A DNA stretch of 64,000 nt from an uncultured Actinomycetes bacterium (GCA_963841735.1 CAWJDT010000001.1:1312001-1376000), one strand, 5' to 3'; positions 28,410 through 38,494 are shown, numbered from the stretch's first letter. The notes: a model not told the origin generated them from the letters alone. Numbers and translations: made by a program.

Positions 28410-29580
28410 ATGAAACGTGCGGTCGTTCTGGGTGGAGGGATCGGCGGTGTCGAGGCCGCCATTGAGCTGAAGAAGAGGGGCTTGGAGGTCGAGCTGGTCT
28501 CCGACAGGGATTACCTCTTCGTCTATCCCCTCGCCATCTGGATCCCAACAGGGGAGCGGTCTGTCGATCGGGTGAGTATCGGACTCACCGATATCGCCAG
28601 GGCGCATGGGTTCAGCGTGACCATCGATGAGGTCGTCGGGGTGAGTGCCCGCGGACGTAGTTTCACCCTCAAGACCCGCGGCGAGCGCCAAGACTTCGAC
28701 TACCTGGTGCTGGCTCTCGGCGGAGCCAAGATGCCCCACAAGGGCAAGGAGCACACGCTCTCGATTTGCGGTGCGCCTGAGGAGAGCGTCCGGCTGCTCG
28801 AGCGACTCGACGCACTCATCGCTGTGGGCGGCGGCACGATCGCGGTCGGCTTCGGGGGCAATCCGAAGGACAGCAGCGCAGTGCGGGGCGGCCCGGGGTT
28901 CGAGTTTCTGTTCAACGTGCACCATCGGCTCGAAGAAGCTGGGAGTTCGCAGAGGCTTCGACCTCGTGTTCTTTGCGCCCATGCCTCAGCCCGGCATCCG
29001 CATGGGGGAGAAAGCGGTGCGCGCAATGGACCGCATGCTCGCATCCCTTGGCATCCGTTCCTATACAGGCAAGAAGATCAGTGAGTTCGTCGAAGGCGCA
29101 GTCATTCTCGAGGACGGGACCAGGCTCGACGCGGATCTCATCATGTTCATCCCCGCGGGAGATGGCCACGGTGTTATGAAGTCTTCAGACCTGCCGCTGA
29201 GCGACGCCGGTTTTGTCTTGATAGACCGGGCCTGCGAGGTGAAGGGGTATCCGTGGCTCTACGCCATCGGCGATATGGCCGCCTTGGAGGGGCCGGAGTG
29301 GAAGGCCAAGCAGGGCCATGTGGCCGAAGTGATGGCTCGGACTGCCGCGCGGGATATCGCCCAGAAGGAGGCCGGCCGCGAGCGGAGCGGGAGCTACGTC
29401 GATGAACTCTGCATCATCTGCGTTATGGACATGGGCAACGGCGCCGGATTCGTCTATCGGAACGAGAAGCGGGCGCTGTTTGTGCCGCTGCCCATCGTGG
29501 GGCATTGGCTGAAGAAGAGTTGGGGCACGTATTACCGGCTGCGCAAGCTAGGGAAAATGCCTCGTATCCCCGGCATGTGA
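28410..29580 (+). CDS. sqr: Sulfide:quinone oxidoreductase-like flavoprotein (frameshift near 28930)
   Basis: VLGGGIGG; TLSIC; RGGPGFE; AIGD...WKAKQGH; CVMDMG. Split across two frames. Confidence 0.8.
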
Positions 29581-29585
29581 AGTCG

Positions 29586-29971
29586 CTAGCAGCAGGCCCC
29601 GGCCTGACTGTCTGCGCCTTCGGTGGTGCTCTTGTTGTCCTTGAGCGCGCAGCCAATCGTCGCAGTCGCCGCCGCAGATCACTCTTCTCTTCGGCCGTCA
29701 CCGCCCGGGATAGCGCATCGACGATGGCCGCCTGCGCCCCAGACAAGCGGGATGAGACGCGGTAGTACATCCATAGCCCCTCTCGGCGGTCTTCCACCAG
29801 CCCAGCATGGTAGAGATAGCGCAAATGGCGAGAGGCTTTCGATTGGGTCAATCCCAGAGCCCCGACAAAATCGCAGACACAGAGCTCCTCTCGTTCGAGG
29901 AGTAGCGTCATTATCTGCAACCTTGTTTCGTCGGAGAGCGCTTTGAAGGTGTCGGCCAAGTGGTTCATCAT
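29586..29971 (-). CDS. arsR: ArsR As(III)-sensing repressor (indel near the 3' end)
   Basis: FKALSDETR, ELCVCD and SRHL; the alternative frame ends ...QAGACC-stop at 29586. Confidence 0.85.
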
Positions 29972-30396
29972 GACACGCCTTCCGCGGGACTGGGCGTCTC
30001 GAGGATCTCGTCGACTGTCGACGCTATCGCGTCGGCTACCAGGCGCACAGCCTCGTCGTCCGCCGGACCGCGTGACCGCGACGACCGTTGACAGCCGGCA
30101 GCGCTCGTCCCAAGGATATCCCGCACGACCAGAGCGCGCGCCACCGGTCCGCCGTGCTTCTCGGTGCCCCATCTCGCGCATTGCTTGTCGCATCCGTCGA
30201 TGGTGATGGTGGGATGAGTGCGGGCGAAGTTACGTTCGCCCTCATTGCCCGCCAGGAACAGGGGTAGGCAGAGAGTGACTGTCTCGTGAGGTCTTAGGGA
30301 TTCCAGCACCCGGCGGACGGCATTGCGGGAAATGGTGCCCTCGGCTATTTCCTCACCGCTGCAGGAGATGATGCCCACCTTGGTGGTCTTGTTCAT
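29968..30396 (-). CDS. DGC-domain putative zinc-binding protein
   Basis: IISCSG...TLCLP...IDGCDKQCA. Confidence 0.88.
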   Translation of the reverse strand: MNKTTKVGIISCSGEEIAEGTISRNAVRRVLESLRPHETVTLCLPLFLAGNEGERNFARTHPTITIDGCDKQCARWGTEKHGGPVARALVVRDILGTSAAGCQRSSRSRGPADDEAVRLVADAIASTVDEILETPSPAEGVS

Positions 30397-30408
30397 TTCG
30401 TGCGGTCA

Positions 30409-30835
30409 TCACGCCACCTCTTCGCCGGCGCGGAGTCGAGCGGCCTCGTCGGCCACCGCTTCGGCGATCTCTCGACTGATAGTCCAGCCTTCCTCGGTGA
30501 GTTCTGTCCCGCTACCTGGCTGGACGCCCCGGCGAGCTGCTTAGGAATCGAGCGACCTGAAAGGCTTTTGCCACCTGGCCGCCCGCGATCTCGACGTTCT
30601 TCTGCGCGCAGGCCTTGCCACAACCGTCGATGGTTACGCAGGGGTGCGTCCGCACCTTGGCCAAAGTCTCTCCATCTTCTCTCACCAGCAGTGCCAAGCA
30701 GACCACGTCGGTTTCGGCCGGCGCAAGCTCGTCGGTGGCCAGATAGGCGGATTCCCGGCTGAGAAGCCCGTGGACTTTGCCGATGCCGCTGCACGGGATC
30801 ACCAGCACCTTGTCCGAGACTTCATTCATGTCCAT
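30409..30835 (-). CDS. DGC-domain putative zinc-binding protein (frameshift near 30530)
   Basis: IPCSG...VVCL...IDGCGKACA; the alternative frame ends ...EAARLRAGEEVA-stop. Confidence 0.82.
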
Positions 30836-30841
30836 GTGTCC

Positions 30842-31703
30842 TTAGTATTCGGCGGCTTTGTGCTCGACGTCGGCAGCGTATGCCGGACCGTCGACCAGTA
30901 GTTCGCGGTCCTCTTCCCAGGCGGTAAGCTGCAATTCGACGATCCAACTGCCATACGGGTCCTCATTGATCCATTCCGGGGCGTCGTCTACTGCCTGGTT
31001 GATGCGCACCACCGTACCGCTCACGGGCGACACCAGCTCGAAGGCGGCCTTGGCCGACTCGATGGTGCCCACCTCGCCGAACTGCTCGATGCTCGCGCCG
31101 ATCTCGGGCGGGTCCACGTAGGTGATATCAGTGAGCCGTTGCTGCAGGTAGTCGGAGATGCCTACCCGGGCCCTGGCTGCCGGCCACCCGCACCCAGACG
31201 TCGTTCGCGTTGAAGAAGTATCCGGTCAAGGGGATGCGGAACTCGTACTTGTCGTGGACCACCACCGCAAAATCCGAGGGCGTTTCGAACTCTGCCTCCG
31301 GCGGTGCTTCCCTCGCGTTCTCCGTGGTCGCGGGCACGCCGGTCTCGGACGCTTTGATGCCGTCGACTATGGTCCGGGCAAGCTCGAGAGCGTCAGTACC
31401 AAGGCGGAGCCCAGGTTCCAGCGCGCGGCCGGACTTCTTGACGGCGTCGGTCACCAGCACCTTTTGCGCCGGTTTGGCCTGGGCGGCCACGGCCAGCCTG
31501 GTGGCGCACTGGGTTGCGCATCCATCGACCACGATAAGCCGTTTCTCGGTGAGCGCCTTCTTGTAGCGCGCGGGAGTGCGGTTGAGCACCACCGGGCAGA
31601 TGATCTGCGCCCCCGTTTCTTCTGCCAGTATGATGGCCACTTCGCGGGCCACCGAACCCTCGGGCTTGTCGAGACCCGTGCAGGAGAGGACTGCGTAGCT
31701 CAT
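30842..31703 (-). CDS. DGC-domain / glycine-cleavage H-protein (lipoyl domain) fusion (frameshift near 31175)
   Basis: N-terminal LSCTG..ICP..VDGCATQCA; W.RV..ARVGISDYLQQRLTDITYV spans the shift; TIESAKAAFELVSPVSG...NEDPYG.W. Confidence 0.82.
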
Positions 31704-32008
31704 TGCCCACCATCCTCGGTGAGCGACTCGTCGGCCGCGGTTCGCAGCTGCTTGATGATAGCCACGGTCTCGGGCTTATCGGGAAACGAAAGCGCGTCGG
31801 GGCCGCAGGTCTTGGAGCACGCCCGGCAGAAGACCACACAATTGTGGGGATTGGCTACTACAAGCTTGGTGTCGCCCTCTCGGCGTTCGAAGACCCGGTG
31901 CGGGCAGAACTCGTCGCACTCCATGCAGAAATCGCACTTGTCGTAGTCGATGGTGGGCGCCCACGGGATCCTGCTGCGCGGCACCCCCATGAAGGTGGTC
32001 TCAGCCAT
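31700..32008 (-). CDS. 2x[4Fe-4S] ferredoxin
   Basis: CDFCMECDEFCP and CVVFCRACSKTC. Confidence 0.9.
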   Translation of the reverse strand: MAETTFMGVPRSRIPWAPTIDYDKCDFCMECDEFCPHRVFERREGDTKLVVANPHNCVVFCRACSKTCGPDALSFPDKPETVAIIKQLRTAADESLTEDGGQ

Positions 32009-32435
32009 TGTCGCCACCGTCCTCCTCGACGCCCATGTCGCGCAGCGCGGCCGCCACCTTGTCGAACGCCTCGTCGGTGGTCATCTCGCGGATGTCGAGG
32101 GGTACCATGTCTTTCTTCACGTCCATGCCCTCGGCGGCGAACGCGTCGCGGAACATCTTGTTCTGCATGTTGGGGGCGCAGGCGGCGATGACCAGGGGCC
32201 GCTTGGCCTGCAGGATATCGGCCAGAAAACGGTCGCCGTCTTCCTCGCACAACTGCGGGTGGATCATCCCGAACTCCACCGGCAACTCGATACGGACCCG
32301 GTTGATGAAGTCCCAGATGTCCATCTTCTCGAAACCGGGACACTTGCCGGTGCACACGCACATGATCAGGCCGGGGCGGACCGGCGGGGTGCCGGCCGCG
32401 GCTTTTGCTTCAGAGTTCTGTTGGGTGTCGCTCAT
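32001..32435 (-). CDS. Stand-alone protein resembling the N-terminal domain of HdrA
   Basis: CVCTGKC...HPQLC..DG...VIAACAP..Q...F...LDIRE parallels the HdrA N-terminal CxCG..C..AACSP..NIRE pattern. Confidence 0.7.
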   Translation of the reverse strand: MSDTQQNSEAKAAAGTPPVRPGLIMCVCTGKCPGFEKMDIWDFINRVRIELPVEFGMIHPQLCEEDGDRFLADILQAKRPLVIAACAPNMQNKMFRDAFAAEGMDVKKDMVPLDIREMTTDEAFDKVAAALRDMGVEEDGGDNG

Positions 32436-32503
32436 CGGTCATCTGCCTCCTTGGGCTTGTCCGATCCGGCGTGGATCGCGGCCAAGCATAAGATACCGTT
32501 TCA

Positions 32504-32527
32504 TTATAACCGGATAAACGGGTATAA
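32504..32527. promoter_or_regulatory. ArsR-type operator, copy 1
   Basis: TTATAACCG-GATAAA-CGGGTATAA. Confidence 0.7.
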
Positions 32528-32657
32528 ACGAGCCCACCCCAGGCGATGCCTTCGTCGTGGTTGCCAAGGCTGCTTTTCAGGCCATGACCCCGAATAAGGG
32601 CGATCACCCCGTTGGGGTATGCGCTGTAGCCCACCAGATCACCCCGGCCTCAGCCTG

Positions 32658-33506
32658 CTATCGGGGCTTAGTCGCGCAGATGTTGGCCGACAACACGTAG
32701 TCCTCCAGCCGGGTCCCCGGCTCCCATTCCCGTATGAACTCCCGGCTTTCTTCCTTGGCGTGGATGTCGATATCCACAAAACCGGCCGCCCGGAGCATCG
32801 TCTCCACCTCGTCCACCGTGGCTGCTCCCGAGATGCAGCTCGACAGCGCGTGCATGTCTTCTCGCCATTCTTCAGGCAGTTCCGCCGTGGCTACCACGTC
32901 GCTGACCGCGAGGCGTCCGCCCGGCCGCAGCGCCCGGAACGCCTCCCTGAACACCGCCGGCTTATCCGGGGAGAGGTTGATCACACAGTTGGAGATGATC
33001 ACGTCGGCAGTCGCGTCGGCCACCGGCAGGTGCTCGATCTCGCCCAGCCGGAAGTCGACGTTGGCATAGCCCGCCTTGCGCGCGTTGTCGCGGGCCTTGG
33101 TCACCATCTCCGGGGTCATGTCCACCCCGATGACGTTACCGTTGCCCCCAACCGCACGAGCCGCGAGGAAGCAGTCGAAGCCGGCGCCCGCTCCCAAGTC
33201 CAGCACTACTTCACCCGGCTTGAGCGCCGCGATAGCCTGTGGGTTGCCGCACCCCAGCCCCAAGTTGGCGCCTTCGGGCGCCGCCGCCAGCTCTTCCGCG
33301 GTGTAGCCCAGGGTGTGCGAAGTGGCGTTCGCGTCGGAGATCGCTCCAGGAGCCAGCGTCCCGCAGCACGACGAGGACGACCCGCAGCAGCCAGTGCTTG
33401 AGCCCGAGTCCGCTTGGGCGATGCCTGCGTAGCGTGAGCGCACCGCGTCCCGTACGTAGTCCTCACGCGCGCCGTCACCCGCCGCTTTTTGGTCTTGGTC
33501 TTTCAT
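32658..33506 (-). CDS. arsM: Arsenite S-adenosylmethionine methyltransferase
   Basis: [29 protein letters not shown] and SCISGA motifs. Confidence 0.95.
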   Translation of the reverse strand: MKDQDQKAAGDGAREDYVRDAVRSRYAGIAQADSGSSTGCCGSSSSCCGTLAPGAISDANATSHTLGYTAEELAAAPEGANLGLGCGNPQAIAALKPGEVVLDLGAGAGFDCFLAARAVGGNGNVIGVDMTPEMVTKARDNARKAGYANVDFRLGEIEHLPVADATADVIISNCVINLSPDKPAVFREAFRALRPGGRLAVSDVVATAELPEEWREDMHALSSCISGAATVDEVETMLRAAGFVDIDIHAKEESREFIREWEPGTRLEDYVLSANICATKPR

Positions 33507-34576
33507 CACTCCTCCTTGGAGATATGGGAGTCGCCGATCACGGCCGGGACCGGCCAGTATCGCCGCCGGAACCAGAAGGCCACATTCACCAGCCCTATCA
33601 TCACGGGCACCTCCACCAGCGGGCCTATCACGGCCGCGAAAGCCTGGGCCGAGCCCAGCCCGAAGACCGACACCGCTACGGCGATGGCCAGCTCGAAGTT
33701 GTTCGACGCCGCGGTGAAGGCAAGGGTGGTGCTCTTGCCGTAGTCGGCCCCTATCTTCTTGCCCATGTAGAAGCTCACCAGGAACATGATGACGAAGTAG
33801 ATCAAAAGCGGGACGGCCACCCTGAGCACATCCAGAGGCAGTTGCACGATGATCTCGCCCTTGAGCGAGAACATCACCAGGATGGTGAACAGGAGCGCGA
33901 TCAGAGTGATAGGGCTGATGCGGGGGATGAACTGGGTGTGATACCACTCTTTGGTCTTGAACCTCAGCAGCGTGAAGCGGGTGAGAATGCCGGCCGCGAA
34001 GGGGATGCCCAGGTAGATGCCCACGCTCTTCGCGATCTGCCCGATGCTCACGTCTACGGCCACTCCCTCCAGGCCGAACCAACGGGGTAGCACGGTGATG
34101 AACACGTAGGCGTAGACGGAATAGAAGAGTACCTGGAACACCGAGTTGAAGGCCACCAGCCCGGCGGCATATTCGCTGTCGCCCTTAGCCAGCTCGTTCC
34201 AGACGATGACCATGGCGATGCAGCGAGCGAGCCCGATCATGATCACGCCCTGCATGAGGGCCGACTTGTCCGAGAGCAAAAGGATGGCCAGGAAGAACAT
34301 GAGGATGGGACCGATGATCCAGTTCTGCACCAGGGAGAGCACGAGAATCTTCCAATTGCGAAAGACGTCGCCCAGTTCTTCGTAGTGGATCTTGGCCAGG
34401 GGCGGGTACATCATCACGATAAGCCCGATGGCGATGGGGATAGAGGTGGTGCCGATAGAGGCGCGCTCTATCGCCTTGCCGATCTGGGGCCACAAGTACC
34501 CAGCCGCCACCCCGATGCCCATGGCCAGGAAGATCCACAGGGTTAAGAATCGGTCAAGAAATGAAAGACGCTTCAT
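33506..34576 (-). CDS. acr3: Acr3 arsenite efflux transporter
   Basis: [35 protein letters not shown] and GPLVEVP. Confidence 0.97.
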   Translation of the reverse strand: MKRLSFLDRFLTLWIFLAMGIGVAAGYLWPQIGKAIERASIGTTSIPIAIGLIVMMYPPLAKIHYEELGDVFRNWKILVLSLVQNWIIGPILMFFLAILLLSDKSALMQGVIMIGLARCIAMVIVWNELAKGDSEYAAGLVAFNSVFQVLFYSVYAYVFITVLPRWFGLEGVAVDVSIGQIAKSVGIYLGIPFAAGILTRFTLLRFKTKEWYHTQFIPRISPITLIALLFTILVMFSLKGEIIVQLPLDVLRVAVPLLIYFVIMFLVSFYMGKKIGADYGKSTTLAFTAASNNFELAIAVAVSVFGLGSAQAFAAVIGPLVEVPVMIGLVNVAFWFRRRYWPVPAVIGDSHISKEE

Positions 34577-34628
34577 CCGCTGCCTCGCCTTGCGCCGGAA
34601 CAGAGCCGCTGGTCATGTCATGCTCGCG

Positions 34629-34650
34629 TACAACCGCTTGCACGGTTGTA
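34629..34650. promoter_or_regulatory. ArsR-type operator, copy 2
   Basis: Perfect 8-6-8 palindrome TACAACCG-CTTGCA-CGGTTGTA upstream of acr3. Confidence 0.75.
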
Positions 34651-34696
34651 TTGTAGCGCGAATCACGTCTGTTGTGGAGGGAAGTGGCCGGGCAAC

Positions 34697-34858
34697 TCTG
34701 GACGCCTCGTTCTGCACCCAGGCACTAGAAGAAGCTCTGGATCGTCACGGAGCCCCGGAGATCATGAACACCGACCAAGGCTCTCGGTTTACCTCGGAAT
34801 GTTTCACCGGTCTGCCGCACGCCTCCGGCGTCAAGATCATCATGGACGGCCGGGGCGC
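34697..34858 (+). pseudogene. IS3-family transposase (rve) fragment
   Basis: FCTQALEEAL..HGAPEIMNTDQGSRFTS...MDGRG with no flanking transposase sequence. Confidence 0.8.
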
Positions 34859-35188
34859 TGTTTCTTCGGTCGTCAGGAAGCTTTTCTCACCCGCAAGGAG
34901 TCTGCGCAACCGTGGAGCTTTGTTTGGAGTACGCCGGTGCCGTATTGACTTCGTGGTTACGCATTTGATAGTGTCACACCAAGCCGTAATGGGGTATCAG
35001 CGTTGCCGAACGCGGAGCCACAGAGCCCGGCTCGGGGGGGGGGCGCCTTTGGAGCACAAACAGAGGATTGCCGTAGCGGTCTTGGGCCGAATCGCTGCGA
35101 TTGCCCTCTAGCCGTGCGCGGCTTCAGCATTCTCAACGTCTCCGTGTCGTATCGCGAGATCTCGTTCTACAATGGGAGAGAGTGAGAG

Positions 35189-35599
35189 ATGAAGAAGACT
35201 GTCTTGGTTCTGATCCTTTGCATCGCGTTTCTGCTTGCGGCTGCGGCTCCCGCCCTAGCCGACATCTACTACAGCGGGAACTGCTATCACTACTTCAACA
35301 CCTCCTACACCGACGAGGCTTTCGAAGTGGGCAAAGTGGTGATGGTGCAGGCTACGCAGTACAGGATAACTGGCCCGACGGCGAGCGTCTTGTATCAGCT
35401 CTACAATGCCCAAGGATATCAGTCCAGTGATGCTGATTGGCTTGGGGGGAACTGCACGGGAGTCGCCTGGTTGACTCCCAAGTGGACCACAATCTCATAT
35501 CTCCGTGTCACGAATCTCAACTGGACAAGTAGCAACCCTTACGGCAGCAGAATCCACTCCGATGGAGCTGTCTGGAATAACACCGTTCCAGCAGACTGA
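35189..35599 (+). CDS. Secreted hypothetical protein
   Basis: Signal peptide MKK...APALA; Tyr/Asn/Trp-rich. Confidence 0.75.
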   Translation: MKKTVLVLILCIAFLLAAAAPALADIYYSGNCYHYFNTSYTDEAFEVGKVVMVQATQYRITGPTASVLYQLYNAQGYQSSDADWLGGNCTGVAWLTPKWTTISYLRVTNLNWTSSNPYGSRIHSDGAVWNNTVPAD

Positions 35600-35625
35600 G
35601 CATCGGCTATTCGTAGGTGAGTTCG

Positions 35626-35656
35626 CCCGGAGGGGGCCGTTGAGGCCCCCTCCGGG
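35626..35656 (+). terminator. Hairpin
   Basis: CCCGGAGGGGGCC-GTTGA-GGCCCCCTCCGGG. Confidence 0.6.
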
Positions 35657-35812
35657 TAACGAGGCCCCGTTGCGGCGGGCATCAGCATAGGGATATCCCC
35701 ACATGTGATGGGATGGCTTACGAGTGCTAGGGGGAGGCATTGCACAGGCGTTCACTACAGCTCAACTTGTCCGGGGCGGGTCTCGGCCCTTCTTGGAGGT
35801 AATGGAGGTTCG

Positions 35813-37189
35813 ATGCGCGGCACGCGGTTTGCCACGATTTTTGTCCTGCTAGCTGTTCTGTTTGCTGGCCTAGGCCAGGCATGCTCCGACACCGCAGACG
35901 GCAGCACCCTTACGCTTGGCTGCGTCACGCGGGAACAGGCCGACGCGCTGGAGAGTCTGGTGGTGAAGCCGTATCTGGCCGAGAACCCGGATGCGCGCAT
36001 CCGGGTGGTCTGCCTTTATGAAGACAGCAGTGAGATGCCCGCTGACATTGACGCGACCCTTCCCGACAAGATCGCCGCCGGGCTGAAGAACGACTTCGAT
36101 GTGTTTGCCGGGCTCTCTGCCGAAGGTTTGGGCAAGTTGGTGGAGCAAGGGATCGTCGCCGGACTGGACACCTATCTCGAGCGGACTCCAGAAGTTGTGG
36201 AGAACATGGCGCTTCCGGTAGAGTCCATCCTGCGAGCAGAGGGTGACGGCAAGCTCTATGCTGTGGCGCCGGCCTTCTATGGTATGGCCCTAGCCTACAA
36301 TGCGGACATGTTCGACGCAGCAGGGGTCAAGTATCCCCAGGGTCTCTTGACTTGGGAGGAGGCTTTCAATCTGGGGCAAGAGGTTGCCACAAAGACCCCC
36401 GGCCGAGTGGCAGCCTTCTCGTTCGGCCCTGGGCGGGGGGAAGCAGGCTTCTGCGACACCTTCTTGCAGCACGTCCCGAGTGCCGGCGTGTACGTGATCG
36501 ACGGCGATCAAGTGGCCGTTGACGGGCGGTTTGCCGAGCTTTGGGATTTGTTCATGGACGCCGAAGTGCGTTACGCTCTGTCGAAGGACGGCGATGCATT
36601 CTGGCGCGGCGAGACTGCTCTTGCCCTTATTTACAACGGGCAAGTGGACGACCCGGCCACTTTTCAATCGGCGCCCACGTACACTCGGTTCAGGTGGGAC
36701 ATAGCGGAGCCCCCGGTCTTCGACAAGGCGCGGCCGGTGTCGTATGCGGGCATCTCGAACACTTTTGTCATGTCATCGTCCAGCAACCTAAAGGAAGAGG
36801 CATGGGGGTTTCTGGAGTATGTCTCCGGGCCACAACTGGGCGAGAGTATCGCGGCAATGAAGAACCCTGGTATGCCGTTCGGTGGGAGTCTACCCTCCTG
36901 CGTCACGGACGAGATGTTCGTGGCCATGAAGACTCGTGTGGACAAGAACTACGAGAGCTTCTATGTGTATGCGGCGCCTAGGGCGCGTGCATACCCGCGC
37001 AACCTCGGTGGTGCCAACTACGTGTTCACCCTTCTGGATAGACTGATGTACGAGACTCTGAACGGCCGCCTCGACGGGGCGGAAGTCGCCGCCATAATCA
37101 ACGAGCGTGGTCCGGGGCTGCTGGCGTCGACTGAGGTGGTTGACCCCATGGAGAATCCCGAGGCTTTACGGGATCTCATTGGGTTTTGA
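35813..37189 (+). CDS. Extracellular solute-binding lipoprotein (family 1)
   Basis: Lipobox GQAC; GKLYAV...YNADMFDAAG..P..TWEE; KEEAWGFLEY. Confidence 0.85.
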   Translation: MRGTRFATIFVLLAVLFAGLGQACSDTADGSTLTLGCVTREQADALESLVVKPYLAENPDARIRVVCLYEDSSEMPADIDATLPDKIAAGLKNDFDVFAGLSAEGLGKLVEQGIVAGLDTYLERTPEVVENMALPVESILRAEGDGKLYAVAPAFYGMALAYNADMFDAAGVKYPQGLLTWEEAFNLGQEVATKTPGRVAAFSFGPGRGEAGFCDTFLQHVPSAGVYVIDGDQVAVDGRFAELWDLFMDAEVRYALSKDGDAFWRGETALALIYNGQVDDPATFQSAPTYTRFRWDIAEPPVFDKARPVSYAGISNTFVMSSSSNLKEEAWGFLEYVSGPQLGESIAAMKNPGMPFGGSLPSCVTDEMFVAMKTRVDKNYESFYVYAAPRARAYPRNLGGANYVFTLLDRLMYETLNGRLDGAEVAAIINERGPGLLASTEVVDPMENPEALRDLIGF

Positions 37190-37591
37190 CTTGGCACGTC
37201 TTCGGCGGTTTGCTCGGCTAGGGAGGACAGTCGGAGAGCAGCGCGGGTTGCACAACTAACTAGGCCGCGAGTGTCTCTCTGTGCAATGCGTAGAGATGAT
37301 CCGGATCGTTGATGTGCTCGCCGGTGGACTCCAGCACGTAGGTGCGGGGTCCCCCGGGCGGAGCGCCTCGGCAAACGGGGCCGAACAACGTGGCTGGCCT
37401 TCTTCGCGCAGGTCTACCTTGAGCCCTTGGTGAAGGTAGAAGACGAGTGTGCGTTCCCACCACTGTCCGCGCCCCATCTCGCTTCCGTCGGGGCCGAACA
37501 CTGTGATGTCGAGAAAGACGGTCTCGCCGATAGCCGAAGGGTCCGTGTTGTAAAATGCTACCTGCGCATCCCCCGCAGGTAGTCCGGCTAG

Positions 37592-38494
37592 CTACTCGTT
37601 CGCCCGGTAGTACGCCGCCCACTTGGCGTCCACCTGGGCCTGGATATCGGCGATCTTGTCGTCGGTGAGCAGTTTGAAGCGCGCCTGAGGCTTAAGGTAG
37701 TCGGCTACGGGCACCAACTGCCGCTTTTCCAGGAGCTTCTCCGAAGCGCCGGTGAGCCGGAACTCGCCCTGCACCACCTCGTACAGATCGAAGTAGCCCG
37801 TCTCCACAGCCAGCCGGCCCAGCTTTATGCTGTAGCGCGGGTCGAAGCCCCAGCCCGGTGGGCAGGGCGTGTGGATGTGGATGTACTTGGTGCCCTTTAG
37901 GGTGAGGGCCTTCTTGATCTTGTCGTAGAGGTCGAGCGGGTAGGCCCCCGAGGCAGTGGCCACGTAGTCGATGCCGTGCGCGGCCATGATGGCCGGCACG
38001 TCCTTCTTCTGCTGCAGCTTGCCCTTGATGGGGGTGGTGGCGGTGATGGCTCCCTGGGGTGTGGTGCCCGAGCGCTGCACCCCGGTGTTCATGTAGCCTT
38101 CGTTGTCGTAGCAGATGAAGAGGAAGTCGTCGCCGCGCTCGGCCGCGCCCGAGAGCGCCTGGATGCCGATGTCGGCGGTGCCGCCGTCGCCGGCCCACGC
38201 CACCACCTTGGTGTGTTCCCTGCCCTGGGCCTTGAGGGCCTCGAGCACGCCTGTGGCCGCCGCCGCCGTGGAGGCGAACGTCACGTTGAGGCAAGGCAGC
38301 TTGGTGGAGGCTACCGGGAAGAGACCTTGTAGCACTGTGAGGCAACTGGGCGGCACCACCAGGATGGTGTCGGGCCCCAGGGCCTTCAGGCCGATGCGGT
38401 AGGCGATGCTGAGGCCGCAGCCCGTGCAGGCTCGGTTGCCCGGGTACACGTACTCCTCTTTGGGGAGCGCGAGGATGGTGGTCTTGGTGCTCAC
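37592..38494 (-). CDS. porB: Pyruvate/2-oxoacid:ferredoxin oxidoreductase beta subunit (TPP)
   Basis: ACTGCG, GDGGTADIG, YDNEGYMNTG and PCPPGW. Confidence 0.92.
   Translation of the reverse strand: MSTKTTILALPKEEYVYPGNRACTGCGLSIAYRIGLKALGPDTILVVPPSCLTVLQGLFPVASTKLPCLNVTFASTAAAATGVLEALKAQGREHTKVVAWAGDGGTADIGIQALSGAAERGDDFLFICYDNEGYMNTGVQRSGTTPQGAITATTPIKGKLQQKKDVPAIMAAHGIDYVATASGAYPLDLYDKIKKALTLKGTKYIHIHTPCPPGWGFDPRYSIKLGRLAVETGYFDLYEVVQGEFRLTGASEKLLEKRQLVPVADYLKPQARFKLLTDDKIADIQAQVDAKWAAYYRANE

Noticed and set aside
29968-33506. Selenocysteine recoding in DGC, ArsM or HdrA-like genes
   Set aside because: No in-frame TGA at Cys motif positions was seen; the breaks are frameshifts.
32658-34082. 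474-aa ORF as an extended ArsM
   Set aside because: The N-terminal part is an off-frame read through acr3; ArsM starts at 33506 after a GGAGG RBS.
37256-37501. Short minus-strand ORF as a gene
   Set aside because: There is no recognisable motif or clear start; it may be a remnant but cannot be supported.
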